From the NCBI GenBank assembly GCA_964016885.1, contig CAXHJY010001288.1, positions 62,001 to 126,000 on the forward strand: a stretch of DNA of 64,000 nt, read 5' to 3'. Each line of letters begins with the position of its first letter. Positions within the stretch are counted from its first letter, which is position 1. The DNA comes from Eledone cirrhosa (Eukaryota). The notes below the pieces were generated by a model. That model saw only the letters and a list, made by a program, of their open reading frames with translations. It did no database searches and was not told the DNA's origin. This document shows, in pieces, positions 28,556 to 42,900 of the stretch. The position numbers were made by a program, and so were the translations under genes.

Positions 28556-31500
28556 TATAGTTACGACTGTTTTAAGACTGCCTGTTACTGTTCTAATCTA
28601 TAGTTACGACTGTTTTAAGACTGTCTGTTACTGTTCTAATCTATAGTTACGACTGTTTTAAGACTGTCTGTTACTGTTCTAATCTATAGTTACGACTGTT
28701 TTAAGACTGCCTGTTACTGTTCTAATCTATAGTTACGACTGTTTTAAGACTGTCTGTTACTGTTCTAATCTATAGTTACGACTGTTTTAAGACTGCCTGT
28801 TACTGTTCTAATCTATAGTTACGACTGTTTTAAGACTGCCTGTTACTGTTCTAATCTATAGTTACGACTGTTTTAAGACTGCCTGTTACTGTTCTAATCT
28901 ATAGTTACGACTGTTTTAAGACTGCCTGTTACTGTTCTAATCTATAGTTACGACTGTTTTAAGACTGCCTGTTACTGTTCTAATCTATAGTTATGACTGT
29001 TTTAAGACTGCCTGTTACTGTTCTAATCTATACTTACGACTGTTTTAAGACTGCCTGTTACTGTTCTAATCTATAGTTACGACTGTTTTAAGACTGCCTG
29101 TTACTGTTCTAATCTATAGTTATGACTGTTTTAAGACTGTCTGTTACTGTTCTAATCTATAGTTACGACTGTTTTAAGACTGCCTGTTACTGTTCTAATC
29201 TATAGTTACGACTGTTTTAAGACTGTCTGTTACTGTTCTAATCTATAGTTACGACTGTTTTAAGACTGCCTGTTACTGTTCTAATCTATAGTTACGACTG
29301 TTTTAAGACTGTCTGTTACTGTTCTAATCTATAGTTACGACTGTTTTAAGACTGCCTGTTACTGTTCTAATCTATAGTTACGACTGTTTTAAGACTGCCT
29401 GTTACTGTTCTAATCTATAGTTACGACTGTTTTAAGACTGCCTGTTACTGTTCTAATCTATAGTTACGACTGTTTTAAGACTGCCTGTTACTGTTCTAAT
29501 CTATAGTTATGACTGTTTTAAGACTGCCTGTTACTGTTCTAATCTATAGTTACGACTGTTTTAAGACTGCCTGTTACTGTTCTAATCTATAGTTATGACT
29601 GTTTTAAGACTGCCTGTTACTGTTCTAATCTATAGTTACGACTGTTTTAAGACTGCCTGTTACTGTTCTAATCTATAGTTACGACTGTTTTAAGACTGCC
29701 TGTTACTGTTCTAATCTATAGTTACGACTGTTTTAAGACTGTCTGTTACTGTTCTAATCTATAGTTACGACTGTTTTAAGACTGCCTGTTACTGTTCTAA
29801 TCTATAGTTACGACTGTTTTAAGACTGCCTGTTACTGTTCTAATCTATAGTTACGACTGTTTTAAGACTGCCTGTTACTGTTCTAATCTATAGTTATGAC
29901 TGTTTTAAGACTGTCTGTTACTGTTCTAATCTATAGTTACGACTGTTTTAAGACTGTCTGTTACTGTTCTAATCTATAGTTACGACTGTTTTAAGACTGT
30001 CTGTTACTGTTCTAATCTATAGTTACGACTGTTTTAAGACTGTCTGTTACTGTTCTAATCTATAGTTACGACTGTTTTAAGACTGCCTGTTACTGTTCTA
30101 ATCTATAGTTACGACTGTTTTAAGACTGCCTGTTACTGTTCTAATCTATAGTTACGACTGTTTTAAGACTGTCTGTTACTGTTCTAATCTATAGTTACGA
30201 CTGTTTTAAGACTGTCTGTTACTGTTCTAATCTATAGTTATGACTGTTTTAAGACTGTCTGTTACTGTTCTAATCTATAGTTACGACTGTTTTAAGACTG
30301 CCTGTTACTGTTCTAATCTATAGTTACGACTGTTTTAAGACTGCCTGTTACTGTTCTAATCTATAGTTACGACTGTTTTAAGACTGCCTGTTACTGTTCT
30401 AATCTATAGTTACGACTGTTTTAAGACTGCCTGTTACTGTTCTAATCTATAGTTACGACTGTTTTAAGACTGTCTGTTACTGTTCTAATCTATAGTTACG
30501 ACTGTTTTAAGACTGCCTGTTACTGTTCTAATCTATAGTTACGACTGTTTTAAGACTGCCTGTTACTGTTCTAATCTATAGTTACGACTGTTTTAAGACT
30601 GCCTGTTACTGTTCTAATCTATAGTTACGACTGTTTTAAGACTGTCTGTTACTGTTCTAATCTATAGTTACGACTGTTTTAAGACTGCCTGTTACTGTTC
30701 TAATCTATAGTTACGACTGTTTTAAGACTGCCTGTTACTGTTCTAATCTATAGTTACGACTGTTTTAAGACTGCCTGTTACTGTTCTAATCTATAGTTAC
30801 GACTGTTTTAAGACTGCCTGTTACTGTTCTAATCTATAGTTACGACTGTTTTAAGACTGCCTGTTACTGTTCTAATCTATAGTTACGACTGTTTTAAGAC
30901 TGCCTGTTACTGTTCTAATCTATAGTTACGACTGTTTTAAGACTGCCTGTTACTGTTCTAATCTATAGTTACGACTGTTTTAAGACTGCCTGTTACTGTT
31001 CTAATCTATAGTTACGACTGTTTTAAGACTGTCTGTTACTGTTCTAATCTATAGTTACGACTGTTTTAAGACTGCCTGTTACTGTTCTAATCTATAGTTA
31101 CGACTGTTTTAAGACTGCCTGTTACTGTTCTAATCTATAGTTACGACTGTTTTAAGACTGCCTGTTACTGTTCTAATCTATAGTTACGACTGTTTTAAGA
31201 CTGCCTGTTACTGTTCTAATCTATAGTTACGACTGTTTTAAGACTGCCTGTTACTGTTTACGACTGTTTTAAGACTGCCTGTTACTGTTCTAATCTATAG
31301 TTACGACTGTTTTAAGACTGCCTGTTACTGTTCTAATCTATAGTTACGACTGTTTTAAGACTGCCTGTTACTGTTCTAATCTATAGTTACGACTGTTTTA
31401 AGACTGCTGTTACTGTTCTAATCTATAGTTACGACTGTTTTAAGACTGCCTGTTACTGTTCTAATCTATAGTTACGACTGTTTTAAGACTGTCTGTTACT

Positions 31501-34500
31501 GTTCTAATCTATAGTTACGACTGTTTTAAGACTGTCTGTTACTGTTCTAATCTATAGTTACGACTGTTTTAAGACTGTCTGTTACTGTTCTAATCTATAG
31601 TTACGACTGTTTTAAGACTGCCTGTTACTGTTCTAATCTATAGTTACGACTGTTTTAAGACTGCCTGTTACTGTTCTAATCTATAGTTATGACTGTTTTA
31701 AGACTGTCTGTTACTGTTCTAATCTATAGTTACGACTGTTTTAAGACTGTCTGTTACTGTTCTAATCTATAGTTACGACTGTTTTAAGACTGCCTGTTAC
31801 TGTTCTAATCTATAGTTACGACTGTTTTAAGACTGTCTGTTACTGTTCTAATCTATAGTTACGACTGTTTTAAGACTGCCTGTTACTGTTCTAATCTATA
31901 GTTACGACTGTTTTAAGACTGCCTGTTACTGTTCTAATCTATAGTTACGACTGTTTTAAGACTGTCTGTTACTGTTCTAATCTATAGTTACGACTGTTTT
32001 AAGACTGTCTGTTACTGTTCTAATCTATAGTTATGACTGTTTTAAGACTGTCTGTTACTGTTCTAATCTATAGTTACGACTGTTTTAAGACTGCCTGTTA
32101 CTGTTCTAATCTATAGTTACGACTGTTTTAAGACTGCCTGTTACTGTTCTAATCTATAGTTACGACTGTTTAAGACTGTCTGTTACTGTTCTAATCTATA
32201 GTTATGACTGTTTTAAGACTGTCTGTTACTGTTCTAATCTATAGTTACGACTGTTTTAAGACTGCCTGTTACTGTTCTAATCTATAGTTACGACTGTTTT
32301 AAGACTGTCTGTTACTGTTCTAATCTATAGTTACGACTGTTTTAAGACTGCCTGTTACTGTTCTAATCTATAGTTACGACTGTTTTAAGACTGCCTGTTA
32401 CTGTTCTAATCTATAGTTACGACTGTTTTAAGACTGTCTGTTACTGTTCTAATCTATAGTTACGACTGTTTTAAGACTGTCTGTTACTGTTCTAATCTAT
32501 AGTTACGACTGTTTTAAGACTGCCTGTTACTGTTCTAATCTATAGTTACGACTGTTTTAAGACTGTCTGTTACTGTTCTAATCTATAGTTATGACTGTTT
32601 TAAGACTGTCTGTTACTGTTCTAATCTATAGTTACGACTGTTTTAAGACTGTCTGTTACTGTTCTAATCTATAGTTACGACTGTTTTAAGACTGCCTGTT
32701 ACTGTTCTAATCTATAGTTACGACTGTTTTAAGACTGTCTGTTACTGTTCTAATCTATACGTTACGACTGTTTTAAGACTGCCTGTTACTGTTCTAATCT
32801 ATAGTTACGACTGTTTTAAGACTGTCTGTTACTGTTCTAATCTATAGTTACGACTGTTTTAAGACTGTCTGTTACTGTTCTAATCTATAGTTACGACTGT
32901 TTTAAGACTGTCTGTTACTGTTCTAATCTATAGTTACGACTGTTTTAAGACTGCCTGTTACTGTTCTAATCTATAGTTACGACTGTTTTAAGACTGCCTG
33001 TTACTGTTCTAATCTATAGTTACGACTGTTTTAAGACTGTCTGTTACTGTTCTAATCTATAGTTACGACTGTTTTAAGACTGCCTGTTACTGTTCTAATC
33101 TATAGTTACGACTGTTTTAAGACTGTCTGTTACTGTTCTAATCTATAGTTACGACTGTTTTAAGACTGTCTGTTACTGTTCTAATCTATAGTTACGACTG
33201 TTTTAAGACTGCCTGTTACTGTTCTAATCTATAGTTACGACTGTTTTAAGACTGCCTGTTACTGTTCTAATCTATAGTTACGACTGTTTTAAGACTGTCT
33301 GTTACTGTTCTAATCTATAGTTACGACTGTTTTAAGACTGCCTGTTACTGTTCTAATCTATAGTTACGACTGTTTTAAGACTGCCTGTTACTGTTCTAAT
33401 CTATACTTACGACTGTTTTAAGACTGCCTGTTACTGTTCTAATCTATAGTTACGACTGTTTTAAGACTGCCTGTTACTGTTCTAATCTATAGTTACGACT
33501 GTTTTAAGACTGTCTGTTACTGTTCTAATCTATAGTTACGACTGTTTTAAGACTGCCTGTTACTGTTCTAATCTATAGTTACGACTGTTTTAAGACTGCC
33601 TGTTACTGTTCTAATCTATAGTTACGACTGTTTTAAGACTGCCTGTTACTGTTCTAATCTATAGTTACGACTGTTTTAAGACTGTCTGTTACTGTTCTAA
33701 TCTATACTTACGACTGTTTTAAGACTGCCTGTTACTGTTCTAATCTATAGTTACGACTGTTTTAAGACTGCCTGTTACTGTTCTAATCTATAGTTACGAC
33801 TGTTTTAAGACTGTCTGTTACTGTTCTAATCTATAGTTACGACTGTTTTAAGACTGCCTGTTACTGTTCTAATCTATAGTTACGACTGTTTTAAGACTGC
33901 CTTTTACTGTTCTAATCTATAGTTACGACTGTTTTAAGACTGCCTGTTACTGTTCTAATCTATAGTTACGACTGTTTTAAGACTGTCTGTTACTGTTCTA
34001 ATCTATAGTTACGACTGTTTTAAGACTGCCTGTTACTGTTCTAATCTATAGTTACGACTGTTTTAAGACTGCCTGTTACTGTTCTAATCTATAGTTACGA
34101 CTGTTTTAAGACTGCCTGTTACTGTTCTAATCTATAGTTACGACTGTTTTAAGACTGTCTGTTACTGTTCTAATCTATAGTTACGACTGTTTTAAGACTG
34201 CCTGTTACTGTTCTAATCTATAGTTACGACTGTTTTAAGACTGCCTGTTACTGTTCTAATCTATAGTTACGACTGTTTTAAGACTGTCTGTTACTGTTCT
34301 AATCTATAGTTACGACTGTTTTAAGACTGTCCTGTTACTGTTCTAATCTATAGTTACGACTGTTTTAAGACTGCCTGTTACTGTTCTAATCTATAGTTAC
34401 GACTGTTTTAAGACTGTCTGTTACTGTTCTAATCTATAGTTACGACTGTTTTAAGACTGTCTGTTACTGTTCTAATCTATAGTTACGACTGTTTTAAGAC

Positions 34501-36769
34501 TGTCTGTTACTGTTCTAATCTATAGTTACGACTGTTTTAAGACTGTCTGTTACTGTTCTAATCTATAGTTACGACTGTTTTAAGACTGCCTGTTACTGTT
34601 CTAATCTATAGTTACGACTGTTTTAAGACTGTCCTGTTACTGTTCTAATCTATAGTTACGACTGTTTTAAGACTGTCTGTTACTGTTCTAATCTATAGTT
34701 ACGACTGTTTTAAGACTGTCTGTTACTGTTCTAATCTATAGTTACGACTGTTTTAAGACTGCCTGTTACTGTTCTAATCTATAGTTATGACTGTTTTAAG
34801 ACTGTCTGTTACTGTTCTAATCTATAGTTACGACTGTTTTAAGACTGTCTGTTACTGTTCTAATCTATAGTTACGACTGTTTTAAGACTGCCTGTTACTG
34901 TTCTAATCTATAGTTACGACTGTTTTAAGACTGCTCTGTTACTGTTCTAATCTATAGTTACGACTGTTTTAAGACTGTCTGTTACTGTTCTAATCTATAG
35001 TTACGACTGTTTTAAGACTGTCTGTTACTGTTCTAATCTATAGTTACGACTGTTTTAAGACTGTCTGTTACTGTTCTAATCTATAGTTACGACTGTTTTA
35101 AGACTGTCTGTTACTGTTCTAATCTATAGTTACGACTGTTTTAAGACTGTCTGTTACTGTTCTAATCTATAGTTACGACTGTTTTAAGACTGCCTGTTAC
35201 TGTTCTAATCTATAGTTACGACTGTTTTAAGACTGTCTGTTACTGTTCTAATCTATAGTTACGACTGTTTTAAGACTGCCTGTTACTGTTCTAATCTATA
35301 GTTACGACTGTTTTAAGACTGTCTGTTACTGTTCTAATCTATAGTTACGACTGTTTTAAGACTGTCTGTTACTGTTCTAATCTATAGTTACGACTGTTTT
35401 AAGACTGTCTGTTACTGTTCTAATCTATAGTTACGACTGTTTTAAGACTGCCTGTTACTGTTCTAATCTATAGTTATGACTGTTTTAAGACTGTCTGTTA
35501 CTGTTCTAATCTATAGTTACGACTGTTTTAAGACTGTCTGTTACTGTTCTAATCTATAGTTACGACTGTTTTAAGACTGTCTGTTACTGTTCTAATCTAT
35601 AGTTACGACTGTTTTAAGACTGCCTGTTACTGTTCTAATCTATAGTTACGACTGTTTTAAGACTGTCCTGTTACTGTTCTAATCTATAGTTACGACTGTT
35701 TTAAGACTGTCTGTTACTGTTCTAATCTATAGTTACGACTGTTTTAAGACTGTCTGTTACTGTTCTAATCTATAGTTACGACTGTTTTAAGACTGTCTGT
35801 TACTGTTCTAATCTATAGTTACGACTGTTTTAAGACTGTCTGTTACTGTTCTAATCTATAGTTACGACTGTTTTAAGACTGTCTGTTACTGTTCTAATCT
35901 ATAGTTACGACTGTTTTAAGACTGCCTGTTACTGTTCTAATCTATAGTTACGACTGTTTTAAGACTGTCTGTTACTGTTCTAATCTATAGTTACGACTGT
36001 TTTAAGACTGTCTGTTACTGTTCTAATCTATAGTTACGACTGTTTTAAGACTGTCTGTTACTGTTCTAATCTATAGTTACGACTGTTTTAAGACTGCCTG
36101 TTACTGTTCTAATCTATAGTTACGACTGTTTTAAGACTGTCTGTTACTGTTCTAATCTATAGTTACGACTGTTTTAAGACTGTCTGTTACTGTTCTAATC
36201 TATAGTTACGACTGTTTTAAGACTGTCTGTTACTGTTCTAATCTATAGTTACGACTGTTTTAAGACTGCCTGTTACTGTTCTAATCTATAGTTACGACTG
36301 TTTTAAGACTGCCTGTTACTGTTCTAATCTATAGTTACGACTGTTTAAGACTGCCTGTTACTGTTCTAATCTATAGTTACGACTGTTTTTAAGACTGTCT
36401 GTTACTGTTCTAATCTATAGTTACGACTGTTTTAAGACTGCTGTTACTGTTCTAATCTATAGTTACGACTGTTTTAAGACTGCCTGTTACTGTTCTAAAT
36501 CTATAGTTATGACTGTTTTAAGACTGCCTGTTACTGTTCTAATCTATAGTTACGACTGTTAAGACTGCCTGTTACTGTTCTAATCTATAGTTATGACTGT
36601 TTTAAGACTGCCTGTTACTGTTCTAATCTATAGTTACGACTGTTTTAAGACTGCCTGTTACTGTTCTAATCTATAGTTATGACTGTTTTAAGACTGCCTG
36701 TTACTGTTCTAATCTATAGTTATGACTGTTTTAAGACTGCCTGTTACTGTTCTAATCTATAGTTACGAC
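28556..36769. repeat. 8.2-kb 43-bp satellite array (TATAGTTACGACTGTTTTAAGACTG[C/T]CTGTTACTGTTCTAATC), about 190 copies
   Basis: Period 43 measured between TTACGAC at 28561 and 28604. Extremely homogeneous. Confidence 0.99.
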
Positions 36770-37926
36770 ATTGTGCTAACATTTTCATAAAATGTTCAGT
36801 CTCTCAACTTAAGAATATAAGAATATTAAATATTATTTCTAATGTAAAGAGTTGCAGAGTTGGTTTAGCTGATAGAATATTAGAGTACTTGTTGGGAGGT
36901 AATTTTGTCACATGTCTATTATCAACCCATTTAACACTTGCTGCTGCAGTCTACTTAGATATTGTACCACATGAAACCACATTGACTGACAAGACAATCT
37001 TGGAAAAGTATAAAACACCATTACAGCTGTTTCATATTAAAAATTTACTCTAATACTGCACATTCTTATAATGATCTGCCACAGTACAGATAATATAAAC
37101 ATTTTAATTAAGAAACCCAGTTTTTAGATATTTTCTGATAAGTTTTTACATGATATTAAGAGTTAAATAGTTAACACCAGGACTATGCAGCTTACAACTC
37201 GATTGTCTAGTACTTTTCATTAGCTGCAGTGTTGAGCAAACATTTTTCTTTAAGGTCTGTATAATGTAACTGAAACAGTACTTCAATTTAGACTTGAAAA
37301 CCCTGTAGGATTTTCATTGACAGGAGTTTACCAAGAACTTGTGTATCTTTTTGATATTTTTATCTTATCACATATGCCTCGAACATTCTTTCTGCAAAAT
37401 ATTGTTTTGAATCTTCATGTAAGATTCCTGACACTCTTGAAGTATTGTCATCAGTCTTTCATTATTTCTTCTGTAATTTATCACTCTCACTATTAATCAC
37501 ATTCTACCATTATATTGGCTAGTATTCACAACCTTAAATCCTCTTACCATCTTTGATTTTTTACGCCTTCTACCTTGTCAGTCTCCAAGGCAAAGATGTG
37601 CTTTAATATTCACAAGCCGTTGCTAGCAGGGAAAACAGATGTTAAATGATGATGATGATGCCTCTCTGGCTTTCATTAAAAAAAGAATCATTATTAGTGC
37701 AATGAGCATCAGACAAAATATCTTGTGGTATTAATTTCATCTGTTAATGTTTTAAGTTAAAATTCTGTCAAGGTTAGTATTGTCTTTCATTCTTCCAAGG
37801 ACAATAAAATAAAGTGCCAGTCAAGTTCTGTGGTCATATATAATCAACTGTTCTCTCCTCCCTCAAATTTCTGGCCTTCACCCATCTTAGAAATAATTAA
37901 ATTATTATTATTATTATCATTATTAT

Positions 37927-38065
37927 TGTTCTTTGAGTCTCAGTCATTGATGTTATTTAACTGGAAAGTTTGTTGAAATGAATATCAAGCCGCTACCTGT
38001 AGCCTCAGATATTCAGGACGTATCGGAGGGTTCTTGCTGTTCCCAGCAAGCATGCCTTTTGAAGT
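37927..38065 (-). mobile_element. Extreme 3' stub of an R4/Dong-like (RLE-type) non-LTR retrotransposon in a (TAA)n tract
   Basis: The minus strand encodes LQKACLLGTARTLRYVLNI*, followed by a short 3'UTR, with (TAA)n on both sides. Dong elements are known to target (TAA)n. Confidence 0.7.
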
Positions 38066-38082
38066 GTTATTATTATTATTAT

Positions 38083-38563
38083 TATTTCATCCTTACGGGG
38101 TCGATAAAATAAAGTACCAGTAATGCACTGGGTAATTGCTGGCCTTGTGCCTAATATAGAAACAATAATAATAATAATAACATGGTCTGTGTTCAAATCC
38201 CGCTGAGGTTAACTTTGCCTTTCATCCTTACGGGGTCAATAAAATAAAGTACCAGTAATGCACTGGGGTCGATTTAATCTACTTTCCTCTCCCCCCAAAA
38301 TTACTGGCCTTGTGCCTATACTAGAAACCATTATTATTATTATTATGACAGTGGATTGGCAGTATCGGTAGAGCGTCGGACAACATGCTTCACAGCATAG
38401 AATTATATTCCTTTACATTCTGAGTTCAAATCCCGCTGAGGTTAGCTTTCCCTTCCATCCTTACTGGGTCGATAAAATAAAACACCAGCAACACACTGGG
38501 GTTGATTTCATCGACTTTCCCCTCCCTAAAATTTCTGGCCTTGTGCCTAAATCAGAAACCATT
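38083..38563 (+). mobile_element. Three tandem partial or complete MetaSINE-like copies separated by (ATT)n/(AAT)n
   Basis: Repeated TTTCATCCTTACGGGGTCGATAAAATAAAGTACCAG...GGCCTTGTGCCTA..TAGAAAC. Confidence 0.85.
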
Positions 38564-39201
38564 GAAGCGCAGGGTGGTTCAAGGATTGGTGGGGTACCTG
38601 AGTCACCCCTGGGTCGTCCACCCTCTATAGGGGAATTTATTTTATTTTATTTTGTTATATATTTATGCATAGTTTGTTTATTTTATATTTTTTATATCTT
38701 CATTGTTAAATTAGTCTTGCCATTGTGCACTTTTACTCGACCTCATTGTAAACCCCCACTGTCCCTGTCTTTGTATTGTCCCCTACATGTCGGCCCTTGT
38801 GGCGAATAAATGAAATCATTATTATTATTGTTAGCAAGGCTGTAGCTGACAGAATTAGTAGATCATGAATCTTATCATAGAAATAATTAAATAATTGTTA
38901 TTATTATTATTAGCAAAGGCAGTGAATGACAGATTCAGTGGAGCATTGAACAAAGTTTCTTGAAATATTTAGTTGTGTTTCTTTACATACTGAGTTGAAA
39001 TCCTTACCAGGTTAACTGTGAGACTTCCGGTTTGATAGAATAATTGTCTGTCTAGAACAGAGATAACTCTAATCAACTGAAAATGTGCGGCCATCTTGGA
39101 AAACATTATTATGGTTGTTTTATTGTTTGATACTTTTTTCTTACTAGAAGCCCCCCAAAGTGTGTGTATGTGTGTATATATGTGTGTGTGTATACATACA
39201 T

Positions 39202-39257
<56 letters not shown>

Positions 39258-39717
39258 GTATATTCATATATATATACACATACATTCATATATATACATA
39301 CACATATATATATATATATTTATATATATATTATAGATTATGATATATATATATACACACACGCACGCGCGCACGCGCGCACACATATATATATATATAC
39401 ACACATGCACACACACACACACATACATGCACACATATGTATATATAAATTAAAGATAGGCACAATATTACTTCATGGACAACCAATAGTTCTTCATAGA
39501 CAGTCACTTATTGTGTAAGTTTCCTGTTTGAGTGAGAAACAATTGGTAGCCTATGGAATAATGCTGTGTATAAGATTACTAAATACTAGCTCTTCCACAA
39601 GTTGCAGACCACTTTCTTTACTTGGTCATTGCACACACACATATACATATAGAAATATATAGGTAACTAGCTGAAACCACTAAGCTTGCAGTAGGTCCTC
39701 TACTTTCACTAATATAT

Positions 39718-40057
39718 ATCATCATCATCATTTCATTTTACGTCCGCTTTTCCCTGCTTACAAGGGTGGGCCGGGAACTGATTCTGGCTTGATTTCTACA
39801 GCTGGATGCCCTTCCTAACACCAACCTCATTTACAGTGAGTGCTGGGTGCTTTTTTACCGTGGCACCTCCACGACTACTTTGCAGTGGAATGATAGGGAC
39901 CCCATTCCCTATCATCTCATTTCTACAGCTGAGTAAACTGGAGCAATGTGAAATAAAGTGTCTTGCTCAAGGAAACAACACATCACCCGGTCTGAGAATT
40001 GAACTCACAACCTTTCGATTGCAAGGCCAATGCTCTAACCACTAAGCCATGTGCCTC
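39718..40057 (-). mobile_element. Young tRNA/CORE-like SINE with RTE tail (copy 2)
   Basis: Near-identical to 6440-6773. Confidence 0.88.
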
Positions 40058-40149
40058 CATATATGTGTGTGAATTCAAAATTGGGTGCACACAGGATGAA
40101 AACAATGGAAAGATGGACAATCCCATCTCCCCAGTTATATGTATGTATA

Positions 40150-40211
<62 letters not shown>

Positions 40212-40455
40212 GGGTTCAATCGAGAGCAACCACAGTAAATAAGGTACTCAATACATAGCAGAGTATAAATATTTAATATAGAAATGGCTTCTATATATAT
40301 ATATATATGAGAGAGGGAGAGAGAGAAATGAATCTAGTATTTTGTTAAGTAATATTGGGTATGAAAGAAAAAGAGAACAAAAATATTTGAAATAAAACAA
40401 GGGGAAATATATATATGTATATATATATATATATGTGTGTATATATGCATGTGTA

Positions 40456-40500
<45 letters not shown>

Positions 40501-40586
40501 CTATGTATATATCTGTGTATATATATATGTATATCTGTGTATATATATATGTATATCTATATGTATATACATGAATATGTATATAC

Positions 40587-40622
<36 letters not shown>

Positions 40623-41149
40623 ATATATATACATGTGTATATCTATATCTATACTATTATGTGTGTGTCTGTGTAACATATATAGAGAAACATATTTATG
40701 TTATTTAACAAAAATCTATCTGTAAAAATGTGATAGATACCACAGAAATATCTCTATGGTATCCATGGTATGAGACCAAGTTTTTATTTTTTTTTATTTT
40801 CTTTTACGTTACATTTTTTCCAATATCATTATTTTTTGGGGAATACCTTAATGTTTTTTGGGGTGTTCTTTTCAGTGGGGTAGGGTGGGATGTCTGGGTT
40901 GGGTTAGTACCTGAATGGTAATATTAACAGGGAAAGGGAGGTAAGGCTGTTGTACTCTGTTTTTTTTTTGTTGTTGTTTTCTTTCTATGCTTAATTAACT
41001 TGATAGCCATCTGGTTGTTGTGTTTGGCCTGTTTATTTAATGACACACATACACACACATACACACACATGCAAAGGAAAAAAAGGACCCACCCCCAGCA
41101 CATTGTGTTGTGTGTGTGTGTGTGACAGCTATTGAAGTGTTCTCTTGCT

Positions 41150-41233
41150 CTACTGACTCTACTACTATTACTGACATTACTACTACTATTACTGACACTA
41201 CTACTACTACTACTACTGACACCTCTAACTCTT

Positions 41234-41278
<45 letters not shown>

Positions 41279-41292
41279 TTACTACTACTACT
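41150..41292. repeat. (TAC)n microsatellite
   Basis: Directly visible. Confidence 0.9.
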
Positions 41293-41514
41293 GTGTTTGT
41301 CACATACATTGATGTCTGTGTTTTTAAGATTTAGTGACATGTGGTCTAGCTAAATTCTCAAGGACTTTGCAAACAAACTTTTGCAGAATATAGAAAAAAT
41401 GGCAATGTTTCTCTGTTTATATATTTATTTGTTTTGTTTCTCAATATTTCTTTGGCACAAGGAATAAACCTTTATTCACATTTCCAGAATTTAATAATTT
41501 ATTTGGCCAAATCC

Positions 41515-42900
41515 AGGGCAGTGGGTCAGCAGACTTATTAGAGCATCTGATGAAATTGCTTTTCAGTATATTGTTATGACCAGTAATTCTAGTTTCAAAT
41601 CCCACCAAGGTCAGCTTTGCCTCTCGTTCTAGGGTCGATAAAATAAAGTACTGGCTGGGGATTGGTAGTTAATATAACCGGCTTTCTCATCCCCTGAAAA
41701 AACTGTTGGCCTTGTGACAAAATTAGAAACCATTAAGAGCAGTGGATTGTCATTGGAGTCATTAGACCATGAGATAGAATTCTTTGCACTATTTCTTCTG
41801 GCTGCCTGGTAACTGAGTTCAAATCTCCATTAAGGTCTACTTTGCTTTTCATCCTTACAGGGTCAATAAAATAAGGCACTGGGGTTGATTTAATCGTCTT
41901 TCCCCTCTCCCCCAAAATTATTGGCCTTGTGACTAAATCAGAAACCATTCTTGGGCAGGTGGATTGGCAGCATTAGTAGGGCTTTGGACAACATACTTTG
42001 TGGCATTGTGTTATGGCTACATTGTGTCCAAATCCTGCCGAGAATAGCTTTGCCTTTCATCCTTACAGGGGTCGATAAAATAAAGTACCAGTTATGCACT
42101 GGGGTTAATTTAATCGACTTTCCCCTCCTCCCAAAATTATTGGTCCTGTGCCTAAATTAGAAACCATTATTATTTTTTTTTTATGGTTGTGGATTGGCAG
42201 AGTGTCAAACAAAATACCTTGTGGTATTTATTCCAGCTCTTTAAGTTCTGAATTCAAATGCTGCTGAGGTTAACCTTGCCTTTTATTCTCCAAGGGTTGA
42301 TAGAATAAAGTACCAGTAATGCACTGGGGTCAATTTAATGAACTTTCCCCTCTCCCAAAATTGTTGGTCTAATGCCTAAATTAGAAACCATTATTATTAT
42401 TGATATTTTGTAAGGGCCATGGATTGGTAGAATTGTTAGATCATAGGAGAAAATGCCTTCTGGTATTTGTCCCAGCTCTTTATGTACCAAGTTCTAATCC
42501 AGCTGAGCTCAACTTTGCCTTTCATCCTTCCAGCGATGATAAAATAAAGTATAAGTTAAGTACTGGAGTTGATGTAATTGATTTTCCCTTCCCTGCAAAT
42601 TGTTGGCCTTGTGCCTAAATTAGAAACCATTATTAACATTGTGTAAGAAATGGTTGTCTTTGTTAAGAAAAGTGGCAAAGTCGGTAGATGAGAAAAAGAA
42701 CAAAGCGGTAGATATGATTTCGGGTGGTATTTATTTCTGCCATTTTATATTCTTAGTTCAAATTCGACTCGAGTCAACTTTGCCATCTGTCAAGAGTCGA
42801 TAAAACCAAGTAGTAGACCTGTACTTGAGTAGGTTTCATCAGCTACACTCCTCCTCCTCTTTGCAAATTCCTGGCCTTGTGTCAATAGAAGAAATCGTTA
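41515..42900 (+). mobile_element. Cluster of about 6 diverged head-to-tail MetaSINE-like copies
   Basis: Repeated GTGGATTGGCAG A-box, GTTCAAAT B-box, CTTTGCCTTTCATCC...GATAAAATAAAGTACC and TTAGAAACCATT end, at ~210-240-bp spacing. Confidence 0.85.

Noticed and set aside
28556-36769. CRISPR-like regular repeats
   Set aside because: No unique spacers (contiguous 43-bp units), no cas genes, eukaryotic context.
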